A stretch of DNA of 64,000 nucleotides from Promethearchaeota archaeon (GCA_019057795.1 JAHLWS010000077.1:32001-96000), one strand, 5' to 3'; positions 10,056-20,034 are shown, numbered from the stretch's first letter. The notes: generated from the letters alone by a model not told the origin. Made by a program: numbers and translations.

Positions 10056-11580
10056 AATCGTAGAAAAAATAATACCTATCGAACACCAACAGATATTAAA
10101 AAATAAAACGCTTTTAGAAAATGTTTGGCATCTTAGGGATAGTAGAGATTTTGAAAAAAACCTACTAGAATTTTATGAGCCAGATATATGGTTTACAGGT
10201 AAAGAAAGGGTGTTTGAAACATATATTGCAAATAATATTATTAAGAATGCTAAAGATTCTATTGTTTTATGTTCTTTTTTACTTGAAAAAACAAAAATTA
10301 CTGATGCTATTTTAGAAGCTGTAGAAAATTCCATCAGGGTATATATCATAACTGCGTCTGAAAATCAATTAGATAAAATCTACGATTTAGAAAACGAGCT
10401 TGAAGATGAAAGGGTTGTGGAGCATAAAAATCTCCTAAAAACACTAAGAAAGAAGTGTCTAATTAGAACTGCACCTCATTTTCATGCTAAATATGTATTG
10501 ATTGATCCAAAACAAGAAACTCGATTAGGTTTTATATCAAGCGCAAATTTTACACAACATGCTTTCTCTAAAAATGTTGAGATAGGTCTGCAGTTAAACC
10601 AAGACCAAATAATTGATTTGTTTAATTTATTTTGTTATATTTTTTGGAATGAGAGTAAACACGAATATCTTGTTGAAAAAACATTAAGATCTGTTAAAAA
10701 ACCCACTAAGAATTTTTTTGATACCCCCCAATTGAGTCATATTATATCTCCTGGCATGAATATAGATTTTGAAAAGACACTAAAGGATTACATTGAATCG
10801 TCGAATGGAGATGTTTATTTAAGTACTTATTCAATCGACTCCAAGAATTCCATATTTAAACTCTTATTGGATGAGCTAGAAAAAAATAGAAGAGTTAAAA
10901 TTTATGTTAGACCAAGAAAAAAGGATTTGGAAACTTTAAGCAGTCTCCGACAAGCGGGAGCAGAAATCAAAGGACATCCCTATTTACATTTCAAGTGTTT
11001 ATTGATTGATGATGCTTCATATAAGAAGGGTTTGATTTTCTCTGGAAATATAACTGAAGAAAGTTTTGGAAAAAGCCATGATGTTGGAATCTTTCTAAAT
11101 TCTACACAATATGATTTACTATTAAATATTGTGAAGAAATGGGAAAATGTTATCCCTGGAGTTTTCGTAGCGAAAGAATCTATAAGTAATTTACCAACAG
11201 GAAAGTATTGGAAATGGAATAAAAATAAGTATGAATTTTATATTCAACCATCTGAAATTCATAAGGCTGGAGTGTTTGAAGGAGATAATATTGATACTTA
11301 TGATAATTATAAACCAAATTTTGAAATTCCAGAAGCATTAAAGGAAACTACCAAAGAAATTATATTCAAATGGGTAAACTTACCTCCCCAATTACCTAAA
11401 AAATCAGAACAACTAAAAGAATTACCCGAAAAATTACCTAAAAAAGTTAAAGATTTACTTCAAAAATATAGAATTTACCAGAATGGAAAGGAGTTTTATT
11501 TATTATATCAAGAGGGAGATAATCTTAAGGAATTAAGAAAGTTATCAGAACTAACTAATTATAAGATTGTTATAAATTAG
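10048..11580 (+). CDS. phospholipase D-family nuclease with two HKD motifs
   Basis: HAKYVLID...SANFT...N.E.G and HFKCLLID...SGNIT. Confidence 0.85.
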   Translation: MIKIVEKIIPIEHQQILKNKTLLENVWHLRDSRDFEKNLLEFYEPDIWFTGKERVFETYIANNIIKNAKDSIVLCSFLLEKTKITDAILEAVENSIRVYIITASENQLDKIYDLENELEDERVVEHKNLLKTLRKKCLIRTAPHFHAKYVLIDPKQETRLGFISSANFTQHAFSKNVEIGLQLNQDQIIDLFNLFCYIFWNESKHEYLVEKTLRSVKKPTKNFFDTPQLSHIISPGMNIDFEKTLKDYIESSNGDVYLSTYSIDSKNSIFKLLLDELEKNRRVKIYVRPRKKDLETLSSLRQAGAEIKGHPYLHFKCLLIDDASYKKGLIFSGNITEESFGKSHDVGIFLNSTQYDLLLNIVKKWENVIPGVFVAKESISNLPTGKYWKWNKNKYEFYIQPSEIHKAGVFEGDNIDTYDNYKPNFEIPEALKETTKEIIFKWVNLPPQLPKKSEQLKELPEKLPKKVKDLLQKYRIYQNGKEFYLLYQEGDNLKELRKLSELTNYKIVIN

Positions 11581-11597
11581 GTAATAATTTTAAAGAG

Positions 11598-12698
11598 ATG
11601 AGAAAGTTGTATAAAAAAGAGTTAAAAGAATTCTTTAATTTACATAGTAAGGATAAGATATTTATGGATGTGATAACACCTAAATCTTGCGGTGGTGGAG
11701 AAGGTTTCAAATATTTAGCCCTCCTTGGAGATTATGTCTTAAATCTCACGCTATTTAATTATTTTTCGAAAAAGGGGATTAAAAATTCGGGTGAGCTAAC
11801 TAAAAAAATTCAATCCGTTCACAACGAATGGACACTCTGCCAACTTGGAGAATTTCTTGAAATTACTAACGAGATGAATCCAACGGATCCTAATCATAAG
11901 ATTACGGATAATGAGCTTAAAGAAAGCGTTGAAGCATTAATTGGGGCAAATAATAAAATCCACGGACTTTCGAAAAGTGAATTAGATGTTGAAAAACTAA
12001 TAAAAATCATAGATAAAAATGATTTTTATGATTCAAATCCAGTAGGGGAACTTATAGAATTCTTTCAAGATAATGGGAGAACTTTACTTTTTCCTGACCC
12101 TGTAAGGATTAGTAAAGCTAATGAACCTCCATTATTCCGTTGCACAATAAGAGAAAGTATTATGAGCAAAGATTTTCTCATAATCAGCGAAGAATTTAGT
12201 AGAAAATGTTACGCCAGAAAAGACGCAGCTCAAAAATTTCTATATGATCTTGGATTGACAGATAAAGATGGTATAGGGATTAAATCCAGAAAGAAAGAAG
12301 TTACAACTATTCCCAAACAATCACTATCAAGTGAAGATATAATCTTTTCTAAATCAACTATAGGTGGAGGTTATTTTAAACAAGAACCAATGGAACTTTC
12401 CACTGAAAAGGGAGAAAATATCGCAGAATATACTATGCGAAAAGTAGAAAAAAAACCATTTTTCACTTTAATTTCCTTAAGCGGAAGATTAAATACACTT
12501 TCTGGATCAACATGGCACACATCATTGCCAAATGGCGAATTAATCCTTCTACATCTGAAGTTAGATGAACAAGATTATTTTGATATTGGTCTTGCCGAAT
12601 CTAAAAGTAAAGCTAAAAAAAAAGTTGCTTTAAAAATTATTAAAAATTCAAACTTAATCCAATGGTTAAAAGATAATTATAGAGAAAAAATGATTTAA
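11598..12698 (+). CDS. RNase III-domain protein with dsRBD-like domains
   Basis: LALLGDYVL and ESVEALIGA RNase III motifs; NPVGELIEFFQ...AAQKFL dsRBD-like; a second dsRBD-like C-terminal helix KSKAKKKVA. Confidence 0.75.
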   Translation: MRKLYKKELKEFFNLHSKDKIFMDVITPKSCGGGEGFKYLALLGDYVLNLTLFNYFSKKGIKNSGELTKKIQSVHNEWTLCQLGEFLEITNEMNPTDPNHKITDNELKESVEALIGANNKIHGLSKSELDVEKLIKIIDKNDFYDSNPVGELIEFFQDNGRTLLFPDPVRISKANEPPLFRCTIRESIMSKDFLIISEEFSRKCYARKDAAQKFLYDLGLTDKDGIGIKSRKKEVTTIPKQSLSSEDIIFSKSTIGGGYFKQEPMELSTEKGENIAEYTMRKVEKKPFFTLISLSGRLNTLSGSTWHTSLPNGELILLHLKLDEQDYFDIGLAESKSKAKKKVALKIIKNSNLIQWLKDNYREKMI

Positions 12699-12872
12699 TT
12701 TTAGAGTAATAATTATTGAATTAAGACTCCTTGAAAATTTCGTATGTATAATGAAAACACATTAGAGGTTTAAAAGTTTATTGGTTGAATAAGGTAAATT
12801 GATTAAGGATAAACTTATTTAAATCAGCTTATTAAAGATTGGATCCAGCAATTTAGATTTATTAACTGAATC

Positions 12873-13685
12873 CTAATCTTTATGTTTTTTAACCAAACTA
12901 GCCAATTGCTGCGCGAAATGTTGCTTTCCAAACTCAAATTCTTGAGAGAAACGCTGTATCTTTAATCTCTGGTGCTTCTCAGTAATTTTATCCTTTGCCC
13001 AGCCAAGAAATTCGTGAAAATTTAGAAGGGTGTAATTGTTCACTCTTGAGGGCGTAACATTTTTTTCTTCTAGAAACATCGATCCTAATTTATCTAAGAT
13101 AATTTTTAACTCCCATATTTTAAAGCTTATGATATTGGCACGGAGGAAAAATTCAATAGGAAACGCAGAAGCCATTTGGTCTTGAGAGAAAGGGTAGTAT
13201 ACTAATTCTCCTTCTTTAACGTTCGAATCCACATGGTGCACCATTTCTATTACTCCCGTACACGTTGCTTCAGGGAGAAGGTTCAAACCTTCAAATGCGT
13301 TACATCCTAATGGGTAAGACCTACAAATTACAGGTCTTATAGGATAGATTTTACACTCTCGTTTAGAGAGATCGTAGAACATGCAGTATTTCTTTTTCTT
13401 TACTCCTAATTGATAGGAGTATATGAATCCATAAGGATAATCCTTCATAAAAAAAACCATACCAGGATAAAACCGTGCTTTTAGGTCGTAGTTGAGGAGA
13501 TTTTGTTCTAATTCGTACTTTTCATTATATAAAATAATTAATGAGGTCCTTGGATTTAGTAATAGTTCCCCTTGAAAGTTGTAACCATACTCGCCTGTGT
13601 CTTGTTCTCGTAGAATGTTATAACAGCAATTTCCACACTTAAAACAATTAAATTTTTGATCTGAAATATCTATTGAATGCATCAT
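12873..13685 (-). CDS. YkgJ-family cysteine-cluster (Zn/Fe-S) protein
   Basis: FNCFKCGNCC; C.FYD....C.IY..RP.ICRSYP. Confidence 0.85.
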   Translation of the reverse strand: MMHSIDISDQKFNCFKCGNCCYNILREQDTGEYGYNFQGELLLNPRTSLIILYNEKYELEQNLLNYDLKARFYPGMVFFMKDYPYGFIYSYQLGVKKKKYCMFYDLSKRECKIYPIRPVICRSYPLGCNAFEGLNLLPEATCTGVIEMVHHVDSNVKEGELVYYPFSQDQMASAFPIEFFLRANIISFKIWELKIILDKLGSMFLEEKNVTPSRVNNYTLLNFHEFLGWAKDKITEKHQRLKIQRFSQEFEFGKQHFAQQLASLVKKHKD

Positions 13686-13840
13686 AGATTACCTTTTGGA
13701 CGAGTGTTTATAAGTAAAAATTTTCAAAGACTTAAATAACGATACTATTTTTGATACATTAATTAACAAAGCAAAAAAAATTCTTTTTTATTTAAAATCA
13801 AAAACAGCTAAGAGAAAAAATAATCTCCTAAAAATTTATT

Positions 13841-14344
13841 CTAACTCTCCCTGAGAAACCACTTATATTTATCACTTTCATTTTGTAAACCAATCCTTAG
13901 AAAAAGACCAAACTTATATTTATAAGGAGGTTCCATGAGTTCTTCTATTTTTTTAATATCAAAATCTTCACCTATATTATTTGAGGTTTTTTTAACCTCA
14001 ATTACTAATAGATTATTATAATGTGAATTTCTTTTATGAATAATAATATCGGGATAAATAGTAAGTGCGTTTTTATCCTCCCATATAAGTTTTTCTATCT
14101 GATATTCTTTGAATTTACTGATATCTAATGATCTATTTTTTATACTTCTTATTCTTTCTGTATCCTTTTCATATCGATTATATTCACAATCTACATCATA
14201 ACTTGGGAATTGATTTTGTAAATACTCAGCTAATTTATGGGTAATTGTCCTCTCATTTACATCTATATCAAGCAAATCTTGATCTTTTTCTCTTAATATT
14301 TGCAAACAATACTCTACTTTTTCTTTAATTCCATCTATATCCAT
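13841..14344 (-). CDS. putative PD-(D/E)xK nuclease-fold protein
   Basis: ERTITHKLA...VDCEYNR...YPDIIIH...LVIEVKK. Confidence 0.6.
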   Translation of the reverse strand: MDIDGIKEKVEYCLQILREKDQDLLDIDVNERTITHKLAEYLQNQFPSYDVDCEYNRYEKDTERIRSIKNRSLDISKFKEYQIEKLIWEDKNALTIYPDIIIHKRNSHYNNLLVIEVKKTSNNIGEDFDIKKIEELMEPPYKYKFGLFLRIGLQNESDKYKWFLRES

Positions 14345-14450
14345 ATCTCTCTTCTTCTCCTAAACATTATTTAATAACTATAACACAAATTAAATAAATA
14401 ATTATTAAAAACTATTTATTTGCCAAAATAATTAAAAAAAAATTGAAAAT

Positions 14451-14475
14451 TGTTCCCATATGGGAACATTTATAT
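14451..14475 (+). promoter_or_regulatory. perfect 18-bp palindrome abutting a TATA box at the head of the UFM-like operon
   Basis: TGTTCCCATATGGGAACA (14451-14468) followed directly by TTTATAT, about 60 nt before ATG 14530. Confidence 0.65.
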
Positions 14476-14529
14476 GTTAAAATTTCTATTACATTATCGT
14501 ACAAAAAATATAAATTTAGGTTTCAATAC

Positions 14530-15909
14530 ATGCCAATAGAAGAAGATCGTACTCGGGAATTACCAAAAAGCCTTCAAGGGATAGAAATTATACTAACCTA
14601 TTTAAACGAGAGAAATACAGAATCTTTAAGCATAAGAAACATAAGCGAAAACACAGGACTTTCGATGCGAGTTACTAAAAACATTTTATTGCAATTAGAG
14701 AAATTTAATCAAATAGAAAGAGTCGTAGAAAAAAATAATATTCTTCCAAAATGGAAAATAACTAAGTTTGGTAGAAAAGTTCTGAAAGAAGCGGAGGGAA
14801 TACAAAAAGAAATTCAATTTCCTAGTAGAGAAGATGAATTATTAAATAATATATTAATTCCAGATAACATTGAGACTCTTAAGGCAAAAATTAAAGAAAA
14901 CATCGAAAATAATATTTCAAAATTAAAATCAATGCAAAATGACTTAAGTAAAATGTTAGGAATTGTGTTGAATTTAAACGATCCCATTTTTGAAGACTTG
15001 ATGGGTGTTATCATTAACCGTATCAAATATATTAGACAACAAATTACAAATTTTCCTTCAGATCCGTTAGCAGTTTATCAATTGAAGAAAATAGAAGAAA
15101 AGCAGAAAAAGGTTCCAAAAGAGGAGATGAAAATTCTGTTGACAGAAATTTTCTTCATTGACTCTATTATGAACAATGAGTTGAATCGTATAAATGATTA
15201 TAATATGAAATTATCTCAATTTTTAGAGAGAGAGGGAATATCTAAAGGTTATTCAACAGCAAAAGATTTACGTGAAGAAATCAGGATTTTTCTAAATTTA
15301 ATTCGTAAAAGAGAGTCCATTAAAATTAATTCTCATGTCCTATCTCCTGAAAATTTAATACTAATTTCTAAAAATAAATTTACTCCAGAAATTTTAAATA
15401 CTATAATCGAAAGTCCTATTACTGAAGAAGAACAAACTGAAAAAATTAAAATTATTGTAATAAGACTTATAACAAAATTAAATAAAGGAGAGAAACAAAT
15501 CGAAGGTTATAGTGTTGATATAACTGAAAATATACCATTATATACTTTTTATCAATTAATACTAGACGAAAATCCAAATTTTGATATTACTATCGAACAA
15601 CTGGAAGAAATTATAAATTCGCTTGCGGAGGAAGGGTATCTGCCAGGTATTAAAATAATTCAAGAAGATGAGGATCACTACCTTAAATTAGTTCAGTTTA
15701 AAGTTAGAGATATTTCTAAAAATGAGTTAGAATTAATTACCAATGCGTTAAGATTTCAGAGCTTTACATTAGCAGATATGGTTGGAGCAACGGGATGGAG
15801 CTCTATTCAAGTGGTAAAAATTTTGAATCATCTTACTGAATTAGGAATTTTAAAATATTTAAAAAATCACCTCCATGGTGATCGTTGGTATATTGTATCT
15901 GAAAAATAA
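14530..15909 (+). CDS. N-terminal wHTH, helical middle and C-terminal tandem winged helices resembling ESCRT-II Vps22/Vps36 (EAP30)
   Basis: ATG 14530 is preferred over TTG 14443. The C-terminus (FTLADMVGATGWSSIQVVKILNHLTELG...RWY) parallels the Vps22 pattern VTVSEI...LKWETERARQVLEHLLKEG...HYW (recalled). Confidence 0.65.
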   Translation: MPIEEDRTRELPKSLQGIEIILTYLNERNTESLSIRNISENTGLSMRVTKNILLQLEKFNQIERVVEKNNILPKWKITKFGRKVLKEAEGIQKEIQFPSREDELLNNILIPDNIETLKAKIKENIENNISKLKSMQNDLSKMLGIVLNLNDPIFEDLMGVIINRIKYIRQQITNFPSDPLAVYQLKKIEEKQKKVPKEEMKILLTEIFFIDSIMNNELNRINDYNMKLSQFLEREGISKGYSTAKDLREEIRIFLNLIRKRESIKINSHVLSPENLILISKNKFTPEILNTIIESPITEEEQTEKIKIIVIRLITKLNKGEKQIEGYSVDITENIPLYTFYQLILDENPNFDITIEQLEEIINSLAEEGYLPGIKIIQEDEDHYLKLVQFKVRDISKNELELITNALRFQSFTLADMVGATGWSSIQVVKILNHLTELGILKYLKNHLHGDRWYIVSEK

Positions 15910-15942
15910 AATTTTTTAATATAAAAAATGTAAATAGAGAAA

Positions 15943-16800
15943 GTGAAAAAAATGTTTAAAAAAATTAAAGATAAAAAATTCAAAGACTACGATCCCGAGA
16001 TCATTGCGTGGCAGAGAGAAACGAAGGAAGGATTAGAAACCCCTTTAATGTATTTATTTCCTCAACCAGGAGATAATATTAAAGAAAAGAAATTTTTTGC
16101 GGTAAAAGATTATGAAAAAACACTTTTTTACAATAAAGGAGAGTTGATTGGCGTTCTTGGAGGAGGAGTTTATGAACTTGAAAAGAAAGCACGAATTAAA
16201 GGAACAGAAATTGTTTGGATTGATACGTCCTTTACTGAAATTCCATGGGGTATTCCACAATCGGAGGGCATTCCTACTAAAGATGGATACATAGTTGGAT
16301 TATATGGGGATTTAAAACTTAAAATTAGCGATGTAAAAGTGTTCTATAACGATGTAGTAGCAGGTACGAAAATATGGACCGTTCAAAACCTTAAAGAGTG
16401 GATTGTTAGTCTTATGCATACATCTTTACGAGATATATTTAAAACCTATACAGCTAAAAGTATACTTTTAGAAGATCGCGAGCGTGTAATTAATTTAATA
16501 ACATCTAAAGTTACTGAAGAATTTTTAAGATATGGCTTAGAACTTGAAACTCTTAATGTAATTGGCATTAAAGCTCCAGATGATGCTGAAAAACTTTTTA
16601 AGGAAGATAAAGAGAGAATTGAATATTTTGCTAAACAAAAAAAGAACCTCCAGAAACGCATTGAGGAATTAAAGAATAAATTGAAAGAACAGCAAGATCT
16701 TTTATTGAAAGATAAAATTACTCAACAAGATTACAATAAGAAGAAAAAACAAATTCAAATGTTTATTGATGAAGTTCAAGATGAATTAAAAAAGGATTAG
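15943..16800 (+). CDS. SPFH/band-7 domain protein with coiled coil and SHOCT-like tail
   Basis: GVLGGGVYEL, IPWG, TKDG..VGLYG, LRDIF, YGLELETLNV SPFH pattern; tail LLKDKITQQDYNKKKKQI. Confidence 0.75.
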   Translation: MKKMFKKIKDKKFKDYDPEIIAWQRETKEGLETPLMYLFPQPGDNIKEKKFFAVKDYEKTLFYNKGELIGVLGGGVYELEKKARIKGTEIVWIDTSFTEIPWGIPQSEGIPTKDGYIVGLYGDLKLKISDVKVFYNDVVAGTKIWTVQNLKEWIVSLMHTSLRDIFKTYTAKSILLEDRERVINLITSKVTEEFLRYGLELETLNVIGIKAPDDAEKLFKEDKERIEYFAKQKKNLQKRIEELKNKLKEQQDLLLKDKITQQDYNKKKKQIQMFIDEVQDELKKD

Positions 16801-16814
16801 TCAAAAAATGTACA

Positions 16815-18590
16815 ATGAAATACAATAAAATCATTATCCAATTTAACTCCCAATCAAAATCAGGAAAAATTTCTGAAGCAATTAAACTTGCTAAAAGCCT
16901 TAAAGCCAAATTTGATGGAAAATATTATGAAGTACTTTTTAATTCTATCAATGATAAAAATCTTCTATTATTAAGCAATTTAATAGGATTTCTGAGCGGT
17001 TCTCGGATTTTTATTGACGATGAAGATTGTGGGCGACCCTATAGATTGGGTGAAAGACTAGATTTTAAAAATAATTGTCCAGATTATGAAGATTTTTGTA
17101 ATGGAAATTGTTCAATTACCATGTTTAGGACTGAGAATGATCTTAAAATTGCGAGGAGGATTTGTAAAAAGTTTAAAGAACCTAAAATACAAAACACAAT
17201 AACAAATGAAAAAAAAGAGAGAAAGAAAATTATTTTTCAATTTAACTCCAAATCTAGAGGAGGGGATGTTCCTGAGGCTATAAAAATTGCAAAATCTCTT
17301 AGATCAGAATTCGATGGGAAAAATTATAAGGTCTATTTCGATTCTGTAAGCAATGAAAATCTGTTATTATTAGATAATCTAGTCGGGAGCCTAAGTGGAA
17401 CTCGATTTTTTGTGAATGGCGAAGAGTTAGAACCTTACATATTGTCTTCCATTTTTAATTGTCCACAAAAATCAAAATGTGATGGAAAATGTGTATATAT
17501 TTACCACGAACCTTCATCTGCTACAGCAAAGAAGTATTGCAAAAAATTTAATGAAACTCTTAGTATAAAAAAACCAATAATCACATACAACGGGCGTGAG
17601 ATCTTATGGATCAACAATGAAGATGATCCTGCATTCCCTAAAAACCCAGATAATAAATATATATTGATTGATAGTCCCAGAGGTTTTGGGCCTAATTCAA
17701 TTATAGGTGTTGAGATGGAAAAAGCAGACTTAATTTTTGATGATATGAAATATAGTATGATGGACGAGGAGGAATCTATACCTGAGGAAAAAGGATTTGT
17801 ATTAAATATACCCTTCGTAGGCATAATAGATATATCAAAGATTGAAGGATTGGAAAAACTTACTGAATTGAAAAGATTGGACCTTTATGGAAATGAGATT
17901 TTTGAAATTAAAGGACTTGAAAGACTTATTAATTTGGAGTACTTGGATTTGAGCGGAAGTGAGATTACGGAGATTAAAGGGCTAGAAAATCTCATTAATC
18001 TAAAGGGCTTAATTTTGAAAGCAAACAACATTAATGAAATTAGGGGATTAGAAAATCTTGTTAATTTAATTTATTTAGATATATCTGAGAATCCAATTTC
18101 TGAAATTAAGGGATTAGAAAACTTGGTAAATTTAAAGCATCTTGTTCTTACTGATATTAAAATTGAAGAAGAATCATTAAATCAAATTGCTGAAGAAAAT
18201 GTTCCAGAAGAATTAAAACAAGTTATTAAAGAAAATACTTTATTTATGTATAATTATTATAGTTTTCCTAATTACGCTCAGAAGTTTGTAGAATATTGTC
18301 AAAGAAAGAAAACTAAGTCTTATCGAGAGGATAAAGAGAAAATCAAAAAGATTGAGGAAATTATGATTGAATCAGATTCCCTTAGTCTTGATACCTTAAG
18401 AGACACTCTAAAAATGGATGCTCATACTTTTAGTAATAAAATTTTAGATTGGGCTATAGAATATGGGTTTGAAATTGATGGAGATTATTTAATTACTAAT
18501 AAAAATACTCTCTCTGACTTTATTGATGAATTAGATAAATATTTTACTTTATGGAAAAAAGAAAGTAGTATACCAAAAAAAAAAGTTTAA
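16815..18590 (+). CDS. LRR protein (EIKGLE type) with duplicated Cys-rich N-terminal domain and C-terminal WH plus ID.L...F..W helix
   Basis: 22-aa SDS22-like LRRs; two ~115-aa N-terminal repeats; tail FIDELDKYFTLWK. Confidence 0.85.
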   Translation: MKYNKIIIQFNSQSKSGKISEAIKLAKSLKAKFDGKYYEVLFNSINDKNLLLLSNLIGFLSGSRIFIDDEDCGRPYRLGERLDFKNNCPDYEDFCNGNCSITMFRTENDLKIARRICKKFKEPKIQNTITNEKKERKKIIFQFNSKSRGGDVPEAIKIAKSLRSEFDGKNYKVYFDSVSNENLLLLDNLVGSLSGTRFFVNGEELEPYILSSIFNCPQKSKCDGKCVYIYHEPSSATAKKYCKKFNETLSIKKPIITYNGREILWINNEDDPAFPKNPDNKYILIDSPRGFGPNSIIGVEMEKADLIFDDMKYSMMDEEESIPEEKGFVLNIPFVGIIDISKIEGLEKLTELKRLDLYGNEIFEIKGLERLINLEYLDLSGSEITEIKGLENLINLKGLILKANNINEIRGLENLVNLIYLDISENPISEIKGLENLVNLKHLVLTDIKIEEESLNQIAEENVPEELKQVIKENTLFMYNYYSFPNYAQKFVEYCQRKKTKSYREDKEKIKKIEEIMIESDSLSLDTLRDTLKMDAHTFSNKILDWAIEYGFEIDGDYLITNKNTLSDFIDELDKYFTLWKKESSIPKKKV

Positions 18591-18597
18591 TTCTAAG

Positions 18598-19734
18598 ATG
18601 TCATTTAACGATCAAGCTTTATCAGCGATAAAAAATAATTGGTGGTTAAGACGATTTTCTAGACGCTTTTGGATTCTTAATACCACAAATTTTATTTTTA
18701 TCTTACACGATAATATCGCAAATTGGATGGGTAAGGCAGTCCCGTTATATTTGCCAAAGGAAATGATACTATTATATTATAATAGAAGAACAAAGAAATT
18801 TCGACTATATGTAAAAAATAAAATTACAATTAAAATGCTTAACGCTTTATGTAATGCTCTTAAATGTACGAGCCCTTCCTTTAAGACTCATGGAATATAT
18901 TTAGATTCATTTGACGATCCTGATCTCACTAAATTTAAAAAAACTCCAGAAGGAGAAATATATTTTCAAGAATTACAATGCGGAGAAAATTGCGTTATTT
19001 ATAACGGAGAGTATTATTTGATTAAAATGGTAAATTTTTATTCTCATAATTTTGGAATGTTAGATTTGAGTAAAAAAGGAATTCGAGATACTTCTGAAAT
19101 AAAGGGATTAGATACTCTTCAAATTTTAGGTGAATTAGATTTAAGCAATAATAAAATTACTGAAATAAAGTGTCTTGAGAATCTTAATAATTTATATAAA
19201 TTAGATCTTAACAATAATAGAATTACTGAAATAAAAGGAATAGAATCTCTTAAACGATTGCGATATTTATATCTAAAAACTAATCTGATCAAGGAGATCA
19301 AGGGGCTTGAGAACTTTGCAATTGATCGAACTGGAGGAGATATGGAGTTAAATTTGGGAGATAATCCAATACCCTTAACTCTATTAAATAAATTAGGAGG
19401 ACTAAATAAAGATGGTTTCGCTAACAATCTTGAAGAACTTGTGGATTACTGCATTAAGAAAAACATAGAAATCGAAAAATTAGATAGAAGTTCTATTGTG
19501 AAATTAAAAAAGATCTTAAGAATTTCTAATCGTTTCAGGCTAGATATGCTGATGGATATACTTGATATAGATAAAAAAACTCTTATTAAAATCGTTGAAA
19601 AATGGTCTGCTGATTTCGGTCTTGAAATAAATGGAAATTATTTAATAATTAAAAAAGATACGGTTTTGGAATTCATTGACGCTTTAGATAAGCAATTTAA
19701 TGAATGGGAAAAAACAGATATGAAAAATAATTAA
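18598..19734 (+). CDS. LRR protein (EIKGLE type) with C-terminal WH plus helix
   Basis: LDLSNNKITEIKCLE repeats; tail FIDALDKQFNEWE, homologous to the upstream gene's tail. Confidence 0.85.
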   Translation: MSFNDQALSAIKNNWWLRRFSRRFWILNTTNFIFILHDNIANWMGKAVPLYLPKEMILLYYNRRTKKFRLYVKNKITIKMLNALCNALKCTSPSFKTHGIYLDSFDDPDLTKFKKTPEGEIYFQELQCGENCVIYNGEYYLIKMVNFYSHNFGMLDLSKKGIRDTSEIKGLDTLQILGELDLSNNKITEIKCLENLNNLYKLDLNNNRITEIKGIESLKRLRYLYLKTNLIKEIKGLENFAIDRTGGDMELNLGDNPIPLTLLNKLGGLNKDGFANNLEELVDYCIKKNIEIEKLDRSSIVKLKKILRISNRFRLDMLMDILDIDKKTLIKIVEKWSADFGLEINGNYLIIKKDTVLEFIDALDKQFNEWEKTDMKNN

Positions 19735-19772
19735 AATCTCATAATTTAATTTTTTTAAGAACAGAACTCAAT

Positions 19773-19895
19773 ATGCGAACCTATAAATTGATTCAACAGT
19801 TTCGAGAAAATTGCATTATTCAAGGTAGAAAAGAGGATTTATTAAAATTTAAAGTAGGAGATACTATTTTTTTATTTTTGTTTAAGCAAAAATAA
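19773..19895 (+). pseudogene. truncated copy of the 5' end of the CDC48-N-like gene at 21447
   Basis: MRTYKLIQQFRENCIIQGRKEDLLKFKVGDTIFL versus MNTYKLIPQLRNGLIIQAKKEWLSDFKIGDTIFL (22/34 identical), then a stop. Confidence 0.8.
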
Positions 19896-20034
19896 TCGAT
19901 AATAATGGGTGAGGTGATATTTTTTTAATATAAAAAAAGGAAAATTCGATAATGCAGAATGGCTAAGAGAAGAATTTATAAATAAGGAGAAATCAGTTTA
20001 TCAGATAGCAAAAGAATGTAAAGTACCTACTCAG

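Noticed and set aside
14443-14529. TTG-initiated N-terminal extension of the wHTH/ESCRT-II-like gene
   Set aside because: It runs through the palindrome and TATA box; ATG 14530 is the more plausible start.
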